DNA of 64,000 nt from a bacterium (GCA_043756865.1 JAYUQG010000030.1:94703-158702), one strand, 5' to 3'. Shown: positions 43,084 to 52,505, numbered from the stretch's first letter. Notes: a model not told the origin generated them from the letters alone. Numbers and translations: made by a program.

Positions 43084-43803
43084 TCAAACGACTGCTTCAT
43101 CTTGCCAACCACGCTTGATGAGCGCGGCATGTGCAGCGACCTGCTCGGCATCTTGTTTGGAGCGACCCTCGCCATTTGCAATGAGCTCGCTTCCGATGTA
43201 CACCCCGACATCAAAACGTTTGTCGTGGTCAGGTCCGCTTTCTTTAAGTACTTCATAGTTCGGAGTGATACCCGTGCGCTCTTGTGCTTCTTCTTGAAAT
43301 TTGCTTTTTGCATCCTGCCAGAGTCTCTTGCCTACGATGTCGTCCAAACGCTCGAAAAGACTTTTTGCAATGAATCCGCGCGATGCGTCATAGCCTTGGT
43401 CTAGAAAAATAGAACCAATGACCGCCTCAAATGTATTGGCGAGAATGTATTGGCGCGCACGCCCCACGTCCTTGGCCTCGCCGCGCGAAAGGAGGAGATA
43501 CTCGTTCATACCCCAATGCGTTGCCGCTTCTGAGATGGAATTCGTATTCACCAGTGCGCTGCGATATGCCGTAAGGCGACCCTCTGGCTCCTCAGGATAC
43601 TTTGCAAAAAGATACTCAGTCATAACGAGTTCGAGCACTGCGTCACCCAAAAATTCAAGGCGCTCATTATGGCGCATGTTTGTCCCACGATGTTCGTTTA
43701 AGTATGAGCGGTGTGTAAACGCCTCACGCAAAAGACCCACGTCCTTAAATGTGACGCCAATCTTTGTTGCAAATTTTTCGTACTCGGCTAAAGCGTTGTC
43801 CAT
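43084..43803 (-). CDS. rnc: Ribonuclease III
   Basis: 239 aa. ERLEFLGDAVLELVMTEYLF is the RNase III signature. C-terminal dsRBD. Confidence 0.9.
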   Translation of the reverse strand: MDNALAEYEKFATKIGVTFKDVGLLREAFTHRSYLNEHRGTNMRHNERLEFLGDAVLELVMTEYLFAKYPEEPEGRLTAYRSALVNTNSISEAATHWGMNEYLLLSRGEAKDVGRARQYILANTFEAVIGSIFLDQGYDASRGFIAKSLFERLDDIVGKRLWQDAKSKFQEEAQERTGITPNYEVLKESGPDHDKRFDVGVYIGSELIANGEGRSKQDAEQVAAHAALIKRGWQDEAVV

Positions 43804-43913
43804 GAGAGAACCTATCTCAAAAGCACTCGGTGGTTTCCACGTTAGTGCGGAGGAGTGTTTTTGAGAGGGGTCCTACTCTGCAAACTAACATGAGTATCGG
43901 TTTTACGCAAGGA

Positions 43914-43938
43914 TGAAAAACAGAGCATTACTGCTCTG
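43914..43938 (-). terminator. Rho-independent terminator (minus strand)
   Basis: Plus-strand sequence AAAAA-CAGAGC-attact-GCTCTG. On the minus strand this reads as a stem followed by TTTTTCATCC. Confidence 0.6.
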
Positions 43939-43982
43939 TGTCTCAATTTGTTCGTTACCAAAGCGCACTTTGCTGTATTGTG

Positions 43983-44900
43983 CTACTTGGGTTTCTGCTC
44001 GAGGAGTGCGGTCACTGCCTTCGTGATGAGCGGGAGAATGTCGTCGTAAATATTGAGGTCAAGAATCTCTGTGGCTTTGAACCAGCGTGCGTCATCTAGC
44101 CCGCCCTTTCCCTCTTCGAGCTCAAGTGGCTGAAATGGCGCCTCGGCCAAGAAATATACAACATGTTTTCTTATCTTGCCTTTCTCGGGATGTGAGGCGA
44201 TATATTCGTTCTCGCCGAGTTTCTCGATAATGACCATGTCGGCGTTAATTTCTTCTTTGATTTCGCGAATTGTGCCTTCTTCAACACTCTCACCCTCTTC
44301 GACATGGCCTTTTGAAAGAGTCCAGTGGCCGAAAATATCGTGCACGAGTGCAAGGTACAGCACGCCTTGTGGGTCACGAGCATACACCACTGCGCCCCCG
44401 AGTTGTTCGAGTGGAAGTTTTGATATGTCGATGACTTGATTCTTGCGATCTCTTGGTTGACTTGTTTCGTCTTTGCCCGGCTCGCCGATTTCTTTGTAGA
44501 CTGCGCCTAAGACACCGTTTACAAACTTGCCACTATTTTCCCCCCCAAATGTTTTGGCGAGTTCGATAGCTTCGTTAATCGCAACTTTAGGAGGAACTTC
44601 CGCGCGGTCGCCAAAAAGGAGTTCAAAAAGACCGATACGGAGCACATTGCGGTCAACCACAGAGATGCGGTCAATAGGCCATGCGGGAGCGGCCTTTTCT
44701 ATGATGAGGTCAAGTTCAGGACGTTTGGCAAGCACATTTGTAATGAGGTCAGCCATAAACGTCGCGTCGTTTAAACCAGGGGCGAATTCTTCTATGTTTC
44801 GAGCAAGCACTTCGTCCACGTCGTTTAAGACGTGTCCGTTGAAATCCCATTCAAATAAGGATTGCAAAACTATGCTTCTGGAAAGGTGCCTGTTCGCCAT
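43983..44900 (-). CDS. nusB: NusB-like N-terminal domain fused to a C-terminal NUDIX hydrolase domain
   Basis: ORF-track frame 43983..44981, trimmed to the ATG at 44898-44900 because the preceding codons overlap the rpmF terminator. N-terminus MANRHLSRSIVLQSLFEWDFNG...ELAKTFGGENSGKFVNGVLGAV is NusB-like. C-terminus contains GHWTLSKGHVEEGESVEEGTIREIKEEINAD, which is the Nudix box. Confidence 0.7.
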   Translation of the reverse strand: MANRHLSRSIVLQSLFEWDFNGHVLNDVDEVLARNIEEFAPGLNDATFMADLITNVLAKRPELDLIIEKAAPAWPIDRISVVDRNVLRIGLFELLFGDRAEVPPKVAINEAIELAKTFGGENSGKFVNGVLGAVYKEIGEPGKDETSQPRDRKNQVIDISKLPLEQLGGAVVYARDPQGVLYLALVHDIFGHWTLSKGHVEEGESVEEGTIREIKEEINADMVIIEKLGENEYIASHPEKGKIRKHVVYFLAEAPFQPLELEEGKGGLDDARWFKATEILDLNIYDDILPLITKAVTALLEQKPK

Positions 44901-44918
44901 ATAAGGTTCTTCATTCCT

Positions 44919-44947
44919 AGTATAGGAAAAGTGTTGCGATTGGTCAA
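44919..44947 (-). promoter_or_regulatory. Candidate sigma-70 promoter for nusB-nudix (TTGACC-N17-TATACT)
   Basis: Reverse complement of 44942-44947 is TTGACC and of 44919-44924 is TATACT. It would give a short leader of about 12 nt. Confidence 0.5.
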
Positions 44948-44966
44948 CCATTTCTTCATATAGCGC

Positions 44967-44991
44967 AACAAAAAACCCCATAAGGGGCTTT
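44967..44991 (-). terminator. Rho-independent terminator after rpmF (minus strand)
   Basis: Minus-strand reading: AAGCCCC-TTAT-GGGGTT followed by TTTTTGTT. It starts directly after the rpmF stop. Confidence 0.55.
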
Positions 44992-45294
44992 TTATTTCTT
45001 TTTCTTTACCTCTTTCTTCGCCTTGACCTCCTTTACGGCTTTCGCTTTTGGGGCTGCCTCAGGCTTCTCTCCAGCTGTACCCTTTCTCGCTTCGGCCTTC
45101 TTTGCTGCCTTTACTGTCTTCTTGAGCACGTCCACCACAACTCGTCCGCGATATTTACCGCAAGTCGAGCACACTCTGTGCATGAGATGCTTCGCCCCGC
45201 AATCTTTGCAGGTTTCGAAACGAGCACCCTTCAGTGCGTGATGAGAACGGCGATTGCGGGTATGCCCGCTCGTGTGTCGCATGTGTACTACCAT
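44992..45294 (-). CDS. rpmF: 50S ribosomal protein L32, with a Lys-rich C-terminal tail
   Basis: MRHTSGHTRNRRSHHALKGARFETCKDCGAKHLMHRVCSTCGKYRGRVVVDV is the L32 zinc-ribbon (CxxC...CxxC) with the RRSHHAL motif. Confidence 0.8.
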   Translation of the reverse strand: MVVHMRHTSGHTRNRRSHHALKGARFETCKDCGAKHLMHRVCSTCGKYRGRVVVDVLKKTVKAAKKAEARKGTAGEKPEAAPKAKAVKEVKAKKEVKKKK

Positions 45295-45303
45295 AGTGTT
45301 TTA

Positions 45304-45331
45304 GAGTATACGCAAATCAAAATAATTGGCA
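45304..45331 (-). promoter_or_regulatory. Candidate sigma-70 promoter for rpmF (TTGCCA-N16-TATACT)
   Basis: Reverse complement of 45326-45331 is TTGCCA and of 45304-45309 is TATACT. A near-leaderless arrangement. Confidence 0.5.
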
Positions 45332-45361
45332 AGTGCAGTACGGTTCAGCCTGACTGCGTAA

Positions 45362-45382
45362 AGAAAAACCCCACTCGGGGTT
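45362..45382 (-). terminator. Rho-independent terminator (minus strand)
   Basis: Plus-strand sequence AAGAAAA-AACCCC-actc-GGGGTT. On the minus strand this reads as a stem followed by TTTTCTTT. It is adjacent to the stop at 45383. Confidence 0.65.
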
Positions 45383-45625
45383 CTAGAGCACGCGGTGCCC
45401 GATGCTGTTTTCGGTCAGGTACCTGCGTACCTTATCGACGAGGGCAGAAAGGGTTGTGCCGCGAGCAAAGAGTTTGTAGGGCGTACCGACCGACCCCTTG
45501 AGCGTCTGGCCGAGACCACACGTCTCTTCGAGATACTCATACAGCGCATCCTCTTGATCGTCGTTTAAGCCTTCGACTGCAACCCAGCCGCCTCGCTGTG
45601 AAACAATGACTGGAATATTGTGCAT
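45383..45625 (-). CDS. Hypothetical small protein, 80 aa
   Basis: Short ORF between rnhB and rpmF with a terminator immediately after it. No recognisable family. Confidence 0.4.
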   Translation of the reverse strand: MHNIPVIVSQRGGWVAVEGLNDDQEDALYEYLEETCGLGQTLKGSVGTPYKLFARGTTLSALVDKVRRYLTENSIGHRVL

Positions 45626-45697
45626 GTATCATGCTCCTTCTGTTGTCAGGGTGGTAAGAACTGGTATGTAACTAAACTACTCGACTAGGACAGAATG

Positions 45698-46306
45698 TCA
45701 AAGAATGCGCGTACAAAACGTCTTGCGATGCTCCGCGGTCAGCCCATACTTTTTTATCGCATCTCTATGCGCCCTTGTTCCATAACCCACATGACGCGCA
45801 AAGCCGTAGTCTGGATATTTTTTTGCAAGAGTGCGCATGCGTCTGTCACGTAGCACTTTTGCAACAACCGAAGCTATTGCGATGACTGATTCTTTTTCGT
45901 CGCCTTTAATAATAGTCTGCTGTTGCAAATAGATTGCGGGGGCACGCAGTCCTCCATCTAGACGTATTTCGCATTCTTCTGGGGACACGTTGGTCACCTT
46001 GAGAGCGCGAGCCAGTGCCATGCGGATTGCGTACACTATCCCATTTTTGTCTATTGTGGCTGCGGACACAAAAGCGACCGCATAACGCAAGTCGGATGAC
46101 TCAGCTGTGGCAATACGCGCAAACCATTCTTCTCGTTTGTTAGCGGAAAGTTGCTTGGACTCTTTGATGCTACGAAATTTCCGCAGCGCTGTCCGAGTGA
46201 CCACAACCACCCCAACAGCAACAGGGCCGGCAAGTGGACCCCTCCCCACCTCGTCAATGCCCACGATATATTTTGTGACTTTGCGCTCCATCAACGTAGT
46301 ATACAA
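45698..46306 (-). CDS. rnhB: Ribonuclease HII
   Basis: 202 aa. YIVGIDEVGRGPLAGPVAVGVVVV is the RNase HII active-site opening (GIDEAGRGP). Confidence 0.9.
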   Translation of the reverse strand: MYTTLMERKVTKYIVGIDEVGRGPLAGPVAVGVVVVTRTALRKFRSIKESKQLSANKREEWFARIATAESSDLRYAVAFVSAATIDKNGIVYAIRMALARALKVTNVSPEECEIRLDGGLRAPAIYLQQQTIIKGDEKESVIAIASVVAKVLRDRRMRTLAKKYPDYGFARHVGYGTRAHRDAIKKYGLTAEHRKTFCTRIL

Positions 46307-46352
46307 AAAAAGGGCGACCTTGCGGACGCCCTTGGTGCACTGATGTGCGAAA

Positions 46353-48194
46353 TTACTTCTTCAGTGCTTCCTCGATCTTCCGAAGATCGTCAGGGGTGGC
46401 ACTATTCAACTTGTTGGCGATGTCCCGACGCACAGGCTTTGCGTCATTCGCATCGCGTGAAAGCACTCTGCGTTCTTCGGCTGCAGCCTCGCCCTTCGTC
46501 GTCTCGAGCGGTAACGTCAGGTTCTTGAACGAACGCATTGGAACGACGGACTGCCCGGATGCAACGTATTCGATCTTCACGCGGTCGCCTGCTTGCGCCA
46601 GCGGAAGGAGCGGGAATTGACCTGCACCACCCGTGAGCGCATGCGCAAAGCCTTCGATGACCACGTAGTAGGTCGAACCGGTCGTCGAGATGTCTTGCTT
46701 GAAGCGAGTGACTACACCTTCAATGACGGAAAATGTGCGAGTGTTGTCTACATGCGCATGGTCACCGCTCTGTCCGATCAACTTTTGGAACTCGAGCATC
46801 GCATGCTGCAGATCGCGCCCGACCGCAATACGCTGGATTTTGTTGATGTCCACAATCGCCACACCCGAGTAGGCGTGGTTCTCGTTCAAGAGCGGCACAA
46901 CCGAGGCCATGCGGCCATAGTGGTTGTAGAGACGCGGATTTTTGCCGGCGTGCAAATGCTTGAACTGCACGTCTTGGAACTTTTCGACGGCACTCCGGAC
47001 GGCTTCGTCCGTAGCGCCACCTTTCACCTCGTAGAAGATGCTCTTGCCGGTACGCGTATGGGTGTAGACCATGCCGACCAGTGAGTCATCCTTCGCGTTC
47101 TGCGACGTGATACCGGTAACAAACATTGCATCGTGTGCGCTCGAGTACACAAGGGAGGGATTTTCGGGTTCGGTCAGGTCGCGCTTACCCCACCAACTGT
47201 TCATCCAGTCGTGAACATATTCGCCCCAGTGTTTGAGGTAGTTCTTGGTGACACTGATGGGAATGACTCGGTCAACCCACTCGGGCACTTGTCCGAGAGG
47301 CGCGAACTTCGATTCACCCGTGACGGGGTTCGTAATGAGTACACCTTTGACCATATCGCCAAACTGGCCGATGGAAGGTTCGAGTACGGAAGTAATCCAC
47401 CACGGCTCACCTGCTTCGTCGAGTTCAAGGTGTGTACCACTGAGGTTGACACGCATGTGCCCACCGTCGAGGCGCAAGTGACGAATGAGGTCGTGTCCGA
47501 AGTATGCCCCCGGCGTATAGGTGAATTGCTTGTTCTTCGGGAGCTGTTTGACCACAGGTTCACGATCGGGGTCTTCGGCGTGGACCATGATGTAACCAAC
47601 GGAAGTGCCGGTATTGTTCCATGCGCGCCAACCAGCGAAGTCGAGTGGTACGATGTACCACAACTCTCCCTTAATTGCCTGAAGTGTTAGCGAGTCTTCA
47701 CGAATTTGGAATTGACTTCCAATTGTGCCGAGTTCGCCGACGACCTTCTTGGCAACATAGAGCGCATTCTCATCCTGCACGAGTCCCACGTGCGCGGGAT
47801 CCTTGGGCTGAATGTCTTGCGTCCAAACACGGGTTTCCATCTCGCCGATGAGCGCACGATACTGCGATGCGTTCAGTATCTCGGAACCAAAAAACAGGAT
47901 GCCGAAATATGCAAGCCACGACAGCACGGGAACCGCAAGTGGCACGACGGGGGTGACAGTTGCCCTACTGGTCATCAAGGTGAATGCTGCAACTCCGGTC
48001 GAACACGCGGCAAGTAGAAAGAGCACCTCGCCAAACATCGGACCGGCAAATCCCGGTGTGCCGAGGTAGAAAAACGTGCCGAGTAAAAGTGTGCCAAGAA
48101 CGCCGAGTCCCGTGGCCATGATGCCACGTCTCGCCACAAGTAGCGGCATAAGCGCGAGGGCGCAAATGCCGAAGGCAATCAAAAAGTAAAGCAT
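46353..48194 (-). CDS. Large membrane-anchored hypothetical protein, about 613 aa
   Basis: ORF-track frame 46353..48230, trimmed to the ATG at 48192-48194 (MLYFLIAFGICALALM...), which has GAGAGG 5 nt upstream. About five N-terminal transmembrane helices, then a large soluble domain of unknown family. Confidence 0.55.
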   Translation of the reverse strand: MLYFLIAFGICALALMPLLVARRGIMATGLGVLGTLLLGTFFYLGTPGFAGPMFGEVLFLLAACSTGVAAFTLMTSRATVTPVVPLAVPVLSWLAYFGILFFGSEILNASQYRALIGEMETRVWTQDIQPKDPAHVGLVQDENALYVAKKVVGELGTIGSQFQIREDSLTLQAIKGELWYIVPLDFAGWRAWNNTGTSVGYIMVHAEDPDREPVVKQLPKNKQFTYTPGAYFGHDLIRHLRLDGGHMRVNLSGTHLELDEAGEPWWITSVLEPSIGQFGDMVKGVLITNPVTGESKFAPLGQVPEWVDRVIPISVTKNYLKHWGEYVHDWMNSWWGKRDLTEPENPSLVYSSAHDAMFVTGITSQNAKDDSLVGMVYTHTRTGKSIFYEVKGGATDEAVRSAVEKFQDVQFKHLHAGKNPRLYNHYGRMASVVPLLNENHAYSGVAIVDINKIQRIAVGRDLQHAMLEFQKLIGQSGDHAHVDNTRTFSVIEGVVTRFKQDISTTGSTYYVVIEGFAHALTGGAGQFPLLPLAQAGDRVKIEYVASGQSVVPMRSFKNLTLPLETTKGEAAAEERRVLSRDANDAKPVRRDIANKLNSATPDDLRKIEEALKK

Positions 48195-48317
48195 GGGAAC
48201 CTCTCTTTCAAAACAGTTGACAGGGTGCAACCATGCGTATAATGCAGTACACTATTAAGGTTGTCAATGATTATGTAGTACGAATAAGCGCCCGTTTGGG
48301 CGCTGTTTGCGATGAGG

Positions 48318-48680
48318 TTACTCCATATATTTGATTCGGTCAGCTGCGCGCCTCTTCTCAACGAGTGCGCCATGTTCTTTCCCGTGTTTTGCGAGAAATT
48401 CAACCTCAACTTGTGCGGTGAGCTTGCTTTTCCAGTGAAACAGGTAAAGGAAGAGGCCAAAGGCACCAAGTGAGATGAGCGGAAACACGTAGGACAGCCA
48501 GTTGTCTTCTTTCCCATGAGGCAGAAAAAAAATACAGATGAATGCGAGTATGGAAACGACGGAAGTCAGTCTGCTCCATGGACGGAGTTTCACAAGCTCC
48601 TTATCGACCATTTCTTGCGCGATACGGTCAAGTCTGTTTAGGCGCTGCTTGTCTGCCTCTGTAAATACTTTTGTCTCCAC
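48318..48680 (-). CDS. Small membrane protein, 120 aa
   Basis: Two hydrophobic helices: VVSILAFICIFFL and VFPLISLGAFGLFLYLF. Confidence 0.45.
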   Translation of the reverse strand: METKVFTEADKQRLNRLDRIAQEMVDKELVKLRPWSRLTSVVSILAFICIFFLPHGKEDNWLSYVFPLISLGAFGLFLYLFHWKSKLTAQVEVEFLAKHGKEHGALVEKRRAADRIKYME

Positions 48681-48842
48681 GGGTCACCCCTTTCATGCCT
48701 TACGAGGTGTCGAAAATGTCCTTTTTTCATGCTAGCACGGCTGTTTTACACTGCAATGGAGCAACTCACAAAATCGCCACTTCACAGAAGCTGCCACATG
48801 ATGAGGAGTACACTGTCCACACAAAATATGTCTCCCCCACTC

Positions 48843-48851
48843 TGCTATAAT
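48843..48851 (+). promoter_or_regulatory. Extended -10 element TG-c-TATAAT, 7 nt upstream of the dnaE ATG, implying a leaderless dnaE transcript
   Basis: TGcTATAAT at 48843-48851 with the ATG at 48859. No clear -35 element and no SD sequence. Confidence 0.4.
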
Positions 48852-48858
48852 CAAGCCC

Positions 48859-51800
48859 ATGAGTGCGCACCCAAAACCCGAATTTATCCACCTGCATACA
48901 CATTCGCACTATTCTCTATTGGATGGGCTTTCAAAGCCGAGCGAGCTCGTGGCACTTGCAAAAGAGTTCAAAATGTCAGCGATTGCAGTCACCGACCACG
49001 GAGCGATGTACGGTGCAATTGATTTTTATAAATCTTGTAAAAAAGAGGGCATCAAACCGATTATCGGCGTTGAAGCATATGTTGCGAACCGCGGGCGCTT
49101 CGACAAAGAATCTGGTATCGACAATAAGCGCTTCCACCTCACGCTCCTCGCTGAAAATATGGAGGGGTACAAGAACCTCATCAAACTCGTCACAGCTGCA
49201 CACCTTGAAGGGTACTACTACAAACCCCGTGTCGACAAAGACATACTGCGTGCATACTCCGGTGGCATCATTGCACTTTCGGGCTGTCCTGCGGGCGAGC
49301 TTGGTCGCGCGATATTGCGGTCGCGCGATATGGAAAAAGCTGAGGCGGTCATTCGCGAACATATTGAAATATTTGGGAAAGATAATTACTTCCTCGAAAT
49401 CATGTGGCACGAAGACGTGGAGGGATTCATTGAATGGAAGAATGCGCTCATCGCGCTGTCGAAAAAGACCGGAGTTCCGCTCGTTGCGACACAAGATTCG
49501 CACTACCCCACCCTTGAACACAGTCGGGCTCATGCAACGCTTCTGGCGGTCTCAACGGGTTCTGATGTCGGCGAATCAGGAATATTTCAAGGAAATGGTC
49601 GTTATCATTTTATGTCTACCGAGGAAGCACTCGAGGTCTTCCACGAAGTCCCCGAGGCTGTTACCATCACCAAAAAAATTGCCGACCGCTGCAACCTTGA
49701 ACTCACATTGGGGAAGTTTATTTTTCCCGACTTTGCGCTTGAGCCCGGAAAGACTGCAGACCAAATGCTCGATGAACTGACCCGCACGGGCCTCGACGAG
49801 CGCTCCCTTTCCGGAAGTGCGGAGCACGAAGAGCGACGTGCGTATGAACTCGACATTATCAAAAACAAAGGATACTCCCCCTACTTCCTCGTTGTAGCAG
49901 ACCTCCTTCGATTCGCACGCGAAGTAGGTATCTATACAACTGTTCGTGGTTCAGCTGCAGGCTCACTTGTTGCATATCTTTCGAAAATTACTAGTGTTGA
50001 CCCGATAGAGTTTCAACTTCCATTTGAGCGATTCTTGAACCCCTTCCGTCCTTCAGCGCCCGATATCGATATGGACTTTGCGGATGATCGTCGAGAGGAA
50101 GTCGTTGAGTACGCAAAAAGAAAGTACGGTACTGATAAAGTAGCTCAAATAGGCACTTTTGGGACAATGATGGCTCGCGGATCAGTGAGAGATGTTGCTC
50201 GTGCACTTGGGAAACCATACGACCTCGGGGACCGTATATCTAAGCTCATCCCCATGGGTCAACAGGGTTTCCCCATGACCATTGAACACGCAATGGAAAT
50301 CGAGCCCGACCTCAAAAAAATGTACTCGACCGATCCCGAAGCACGCGAGATATTGGATATCGCAAAAAGACTGGAGGGAACAGTACGCCATGTCTCGGTA
50401 CACGCTGCAGGCGTAGTCATTGCACCCAAGCCACTGATTGAATATGTACCGACGCAATTCGACCCGAAAGGCGGAAAGCTGATTACCCAGTACGACATGT
50501 ACACAGTCGGCGAAGACGGTGTGGGTCTCACCAAGCTCGACTTTCTTGGTATTAGAAATCTTGCAATTTTAGGGGACGCGGTTTCGCTTGTAAAACTGCA
50601 TCGTAATATTGATATCAATATCGAGAAAATCCCTTTCAATGACAAGAAAACGTTTGCCATGCTCTCACGCGGAGAAACAGAAGGCTTGTTTCAATTAAAC
50701 GGCACGGGCATGACCAAACACTTAATGGAGCTCCGCCCCACCTCGGTGCATGACATCAACGCCATGGTGGCACTCTATCGTCCTGGACCAATGAACAATA
50801 TTGCGGAGTACATTGCACGCAAACAAGGAAAGAGTAAAATCACGTACTTTCACCCTAAGGCGGAAAAATTTCTTGCGAAATCATATGGCGTGCTCGTATA
50901 TCAAGACGACCTCCTCTATACCGCTCTGGAAATGGCGGGATACAACTGGGAGTCCGTAGACCACTTTCGTAAGGCGGTCGGAAAGAAGATTCCTGCAGAG
51001 ATGGCGAAGCAGCATGTAATTTTCGTTGATGGCTGCCAGAAACACAGCGGGCTCACGGCTGCACAAGCTGAAGCGATTTGGGCACTATTTGAACCCTTTC
51101 AGGGATATGGATTCAACAAGGCTCACGCAGCGTGTTACGGACGCGTTGCATATCAAACCGCCTACATGAAGGCGAACTTTCCTGCTGAGTATATGTGTGC
51201 CGTACTCACGGCAGAAGCAGGCGATACTGAGAAAATTTCTGAAATCATAGTGGAGTGTAAGCGCATGAAAATCCCGGTGCTTCCTCCGGACATCAACACA
51301 TCGGTTGCGGACTTCACCGTAAACAAAGGTGCGACAGAAAAAGAAGACGCCATTCGCTTTGGTTTACACACGATAAAAAACTTGGGTGAGGCAATTTCCG
51401 ATGCCATAATTAAAGAACGGGAAACGACTGGGGCATTTCGTTCATTTACGGAATTCCTCGAACGCGTACTCCACAAGGACCTTAACAAAAAGTCGCTTGA
51501 GGCACTTATCAAAGCGGGGGCGTTCGATACACTTGGTGAAGACCGCGGCGCGCTCCTCCACAATATCGACGATGCGCTTGAATACCACAAACTGTACGCC
51601 AAGGAGCAGGCTTCTGACCAAGTCTCTTTATTTGCTTCTGTCTCGGCCGCAACCGTGCTCCCCACATTCAGAATGCGTCCTGCTCCTGAAATTTCACTGG
51701 ACATAAAGCTAGTATGGGAAAAAGAATTACTCGGTCTCTATATCTCGGGTCATCCCCTTGATAAGCATCGTGAAAAAATGGAAAAGGGAGGCAGCAGCAT

Positions 51801-52074
51801 AAAAGACATCAACGAAAACATGCGCGACGGCATGGGCACGATTGTTGCGGGCATCATCGAGGAGCATAAAATAGTTATCACAAAAAAGAACGAGCACATG
51901 GCCTTTCTGCGCATCGCAGACTTTACCGGCTCCATCGAAGTGGTCGTATTCCCTCGTACGTTGGCGGAAACAAAAGAACTCCTCGGTCCCGACAAATGTA
52001 TTGCCGTAAAGGGTCGCTTCTCCCGCAGAAACGACTCCCCATCCATCATTGCGGAAAAGGTAAAGGCCCTCTAA
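48859..52074 (+). CDS. dnaE: DNA polymerase III alpha subunit (PHP domain plus polymerase core)
   Basis: 1071 aa. N-terminal PHP domain HLHTHSHYSLLDGLSKPSELV...AVTDHGAMYG, plus the conserved DnaE palm and fingers blocks. Confidence 0.95.
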   Translation: MSAHPKPEFIHLHTHSHYSLLDGLSKPSELVALAKEFKMSAIAVTDHGAMYGAIDFYKSCKKEGIKPIIGVEAYVANRGRFDKESGIDNKRFHLTLLAENMEGYKNLIKLVTAAHLEGYYYKPRVDKDILRAYSGGIIALSGCPAGELGRAILRSRDMEKAEAVIREHIEIFGKDNYFLEIMWHEDVEGFIEWKNALIALSKKTGVPLVATQDSHYPTLEHSRAHATLLAVSTGSDVGESGIFQGNGRYHFMSTEEALEVFHEVPEAVTITKKIADRCNLELTLGKFIFPDFALEPGKTADQMLDELTRTGLDERSLSGSAEHEERRAYELDIIKNKGYSPYFLVVADLLRFAREVGIYTTVRGSAAGSLVAYLSKITSVDPIEFQLPFERFLNPFRPSAPDIDMDFADDRREEVVEYAKRKYGTDKVAQIGTFGTMMARGSVRDVARALGKPYDLGDRISKLIPMGQQGFPMTIEHAMEIEPDLKKMYSTDPEAREILDIAKRLEGTVRHVSVHAAGVVIAPKPLIEYVPTQFDPKGGKLITQYDMYTVGEDGVGLTKLDFLGIRNLAILGDAVSLVKLHRNIDINIEKIPFNDKKTFAMLSRGETEGLFQLNGTGMTKHLMELRPTSVHDINAMVALYRPGPMNNIAEYIARKQGKSKITYFHPKAEKFLAKSYGVLVYQDDLLYTALEMAGYNWESVDHFRKAVGKKIPAEMAKQHVIFVDGCQKHSGLTAAQAEAIWALFEPFQGYGFNKAHAACYGRVAYQTAYMKANFPAEYMCAVLTAEAGDTEKISEIIVECKRMKIPVLPPDINTSVADFTVNKGATEKEDAIRFGLHTIKNLGEAISDAIIKERETTGAFRSFTEFLERVLHKDLNKKSLEALIKAGAFDTLGEDRGALLHNIDDALEYHKLYAKEQASDQVSLFASVSAATVLPTFRMRPAPEISLDIKLVWEKELLGLYISGHPLDKHREKMEKGGSSIKDINENMRDGMGTIVAGIIEEHKIVITKKNEHMAFLRIADFTGSIEVVVFPRTLAETKELLGPDKCIAVKGRFSRRNDSPSIIAEKVKAL

Positions 52075-52093
52075 ACTCCACTCAATAGAAAAT

Positions 52094-52122
52094 TTGACTA
52101 TTTTCTATGAAAATGGTATAAT
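52094..52122 (+). promoter_or_regulatory. Consensus sigma-70 promoter (TTGACT-N17-TATAAT)
   Basis: TTGACT at 52094-52099 and TATAAT at 52117-52122. Followed by GATGGAG and the ATG at 52154. Confidence 0.6.
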
Positions 52123-52153
52123 TTACATGTTCTCAACTTCAGATGGAGTAATT

Positions 52154-52372
52154 ATGCCTACGAAATTCACTCGCGCCGGCGTCGTGTTCTTTTTTTTCTT
52201 TTCGGCCCTCGCCTTGATAGGCATCTCCCGTCTCATTCTCGGCGACAATGCAACAGGGGCGATGCTCCTGAACCTGGCCATCTTCGGTGGCTATGTAGGC
52301 CTCAGCTTCGAACTCATCGCTGTCTACGGTGCGTGGCAAGCGCGACGCTCGCTTCCCTGCGTACTGCGTTAG
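52154..52372 (+). CDS. Small membrane protein, 72 aa
   Basis: ORF-track frame 52094..52372, trimmed to the ATG at 52154 (MPTKFTRAGVVFFFFFSALALIGIS...). The 5' end of the longer ORF is occupied by the promoter. Contains a T8 run at 52190-52197. Confidence 0.45.
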   Translation: MPTKFTRAGVVFFFFFSALALIGISRLILGDNATGAMLLNLAIFGGYVGLSFELIAVYGAWQARRSLPCVLR

Positions 52373-52394
52373 TCCTTCATCCGACAGTAACTGC

Positions 52395-52425
52395 CTGCCC
52401 ACACCTCGTGGGCGGCTTTTTTTTG
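52395..52425 (+). terminator. Rho-independent terminator
   Basis: GCCCAC (52397-52402), loop acctc, GTGGGC (52408-52413), then ggc and TTTTTTTT. Confidence 0.75.
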
Positions 52426-52471
52426 CACACAACTGTTATATGTCGTAACGACTTTTATCCTTAGTCAAGGA

Positions 52472-52499
52472 TTGTCGCAATTTTGTTCCCTGTTATACT
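52472..52499 (+). promoter_or_regulatory. Candidate promoter for the thrS leader (TTGTCG-N16-TATACT)
   Basis: TTGTCG at 52472-52477 and TATACT at 52494-52499. Confidence 0.45.
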
Positions 52500-52505
52500 T
52501 TATCC

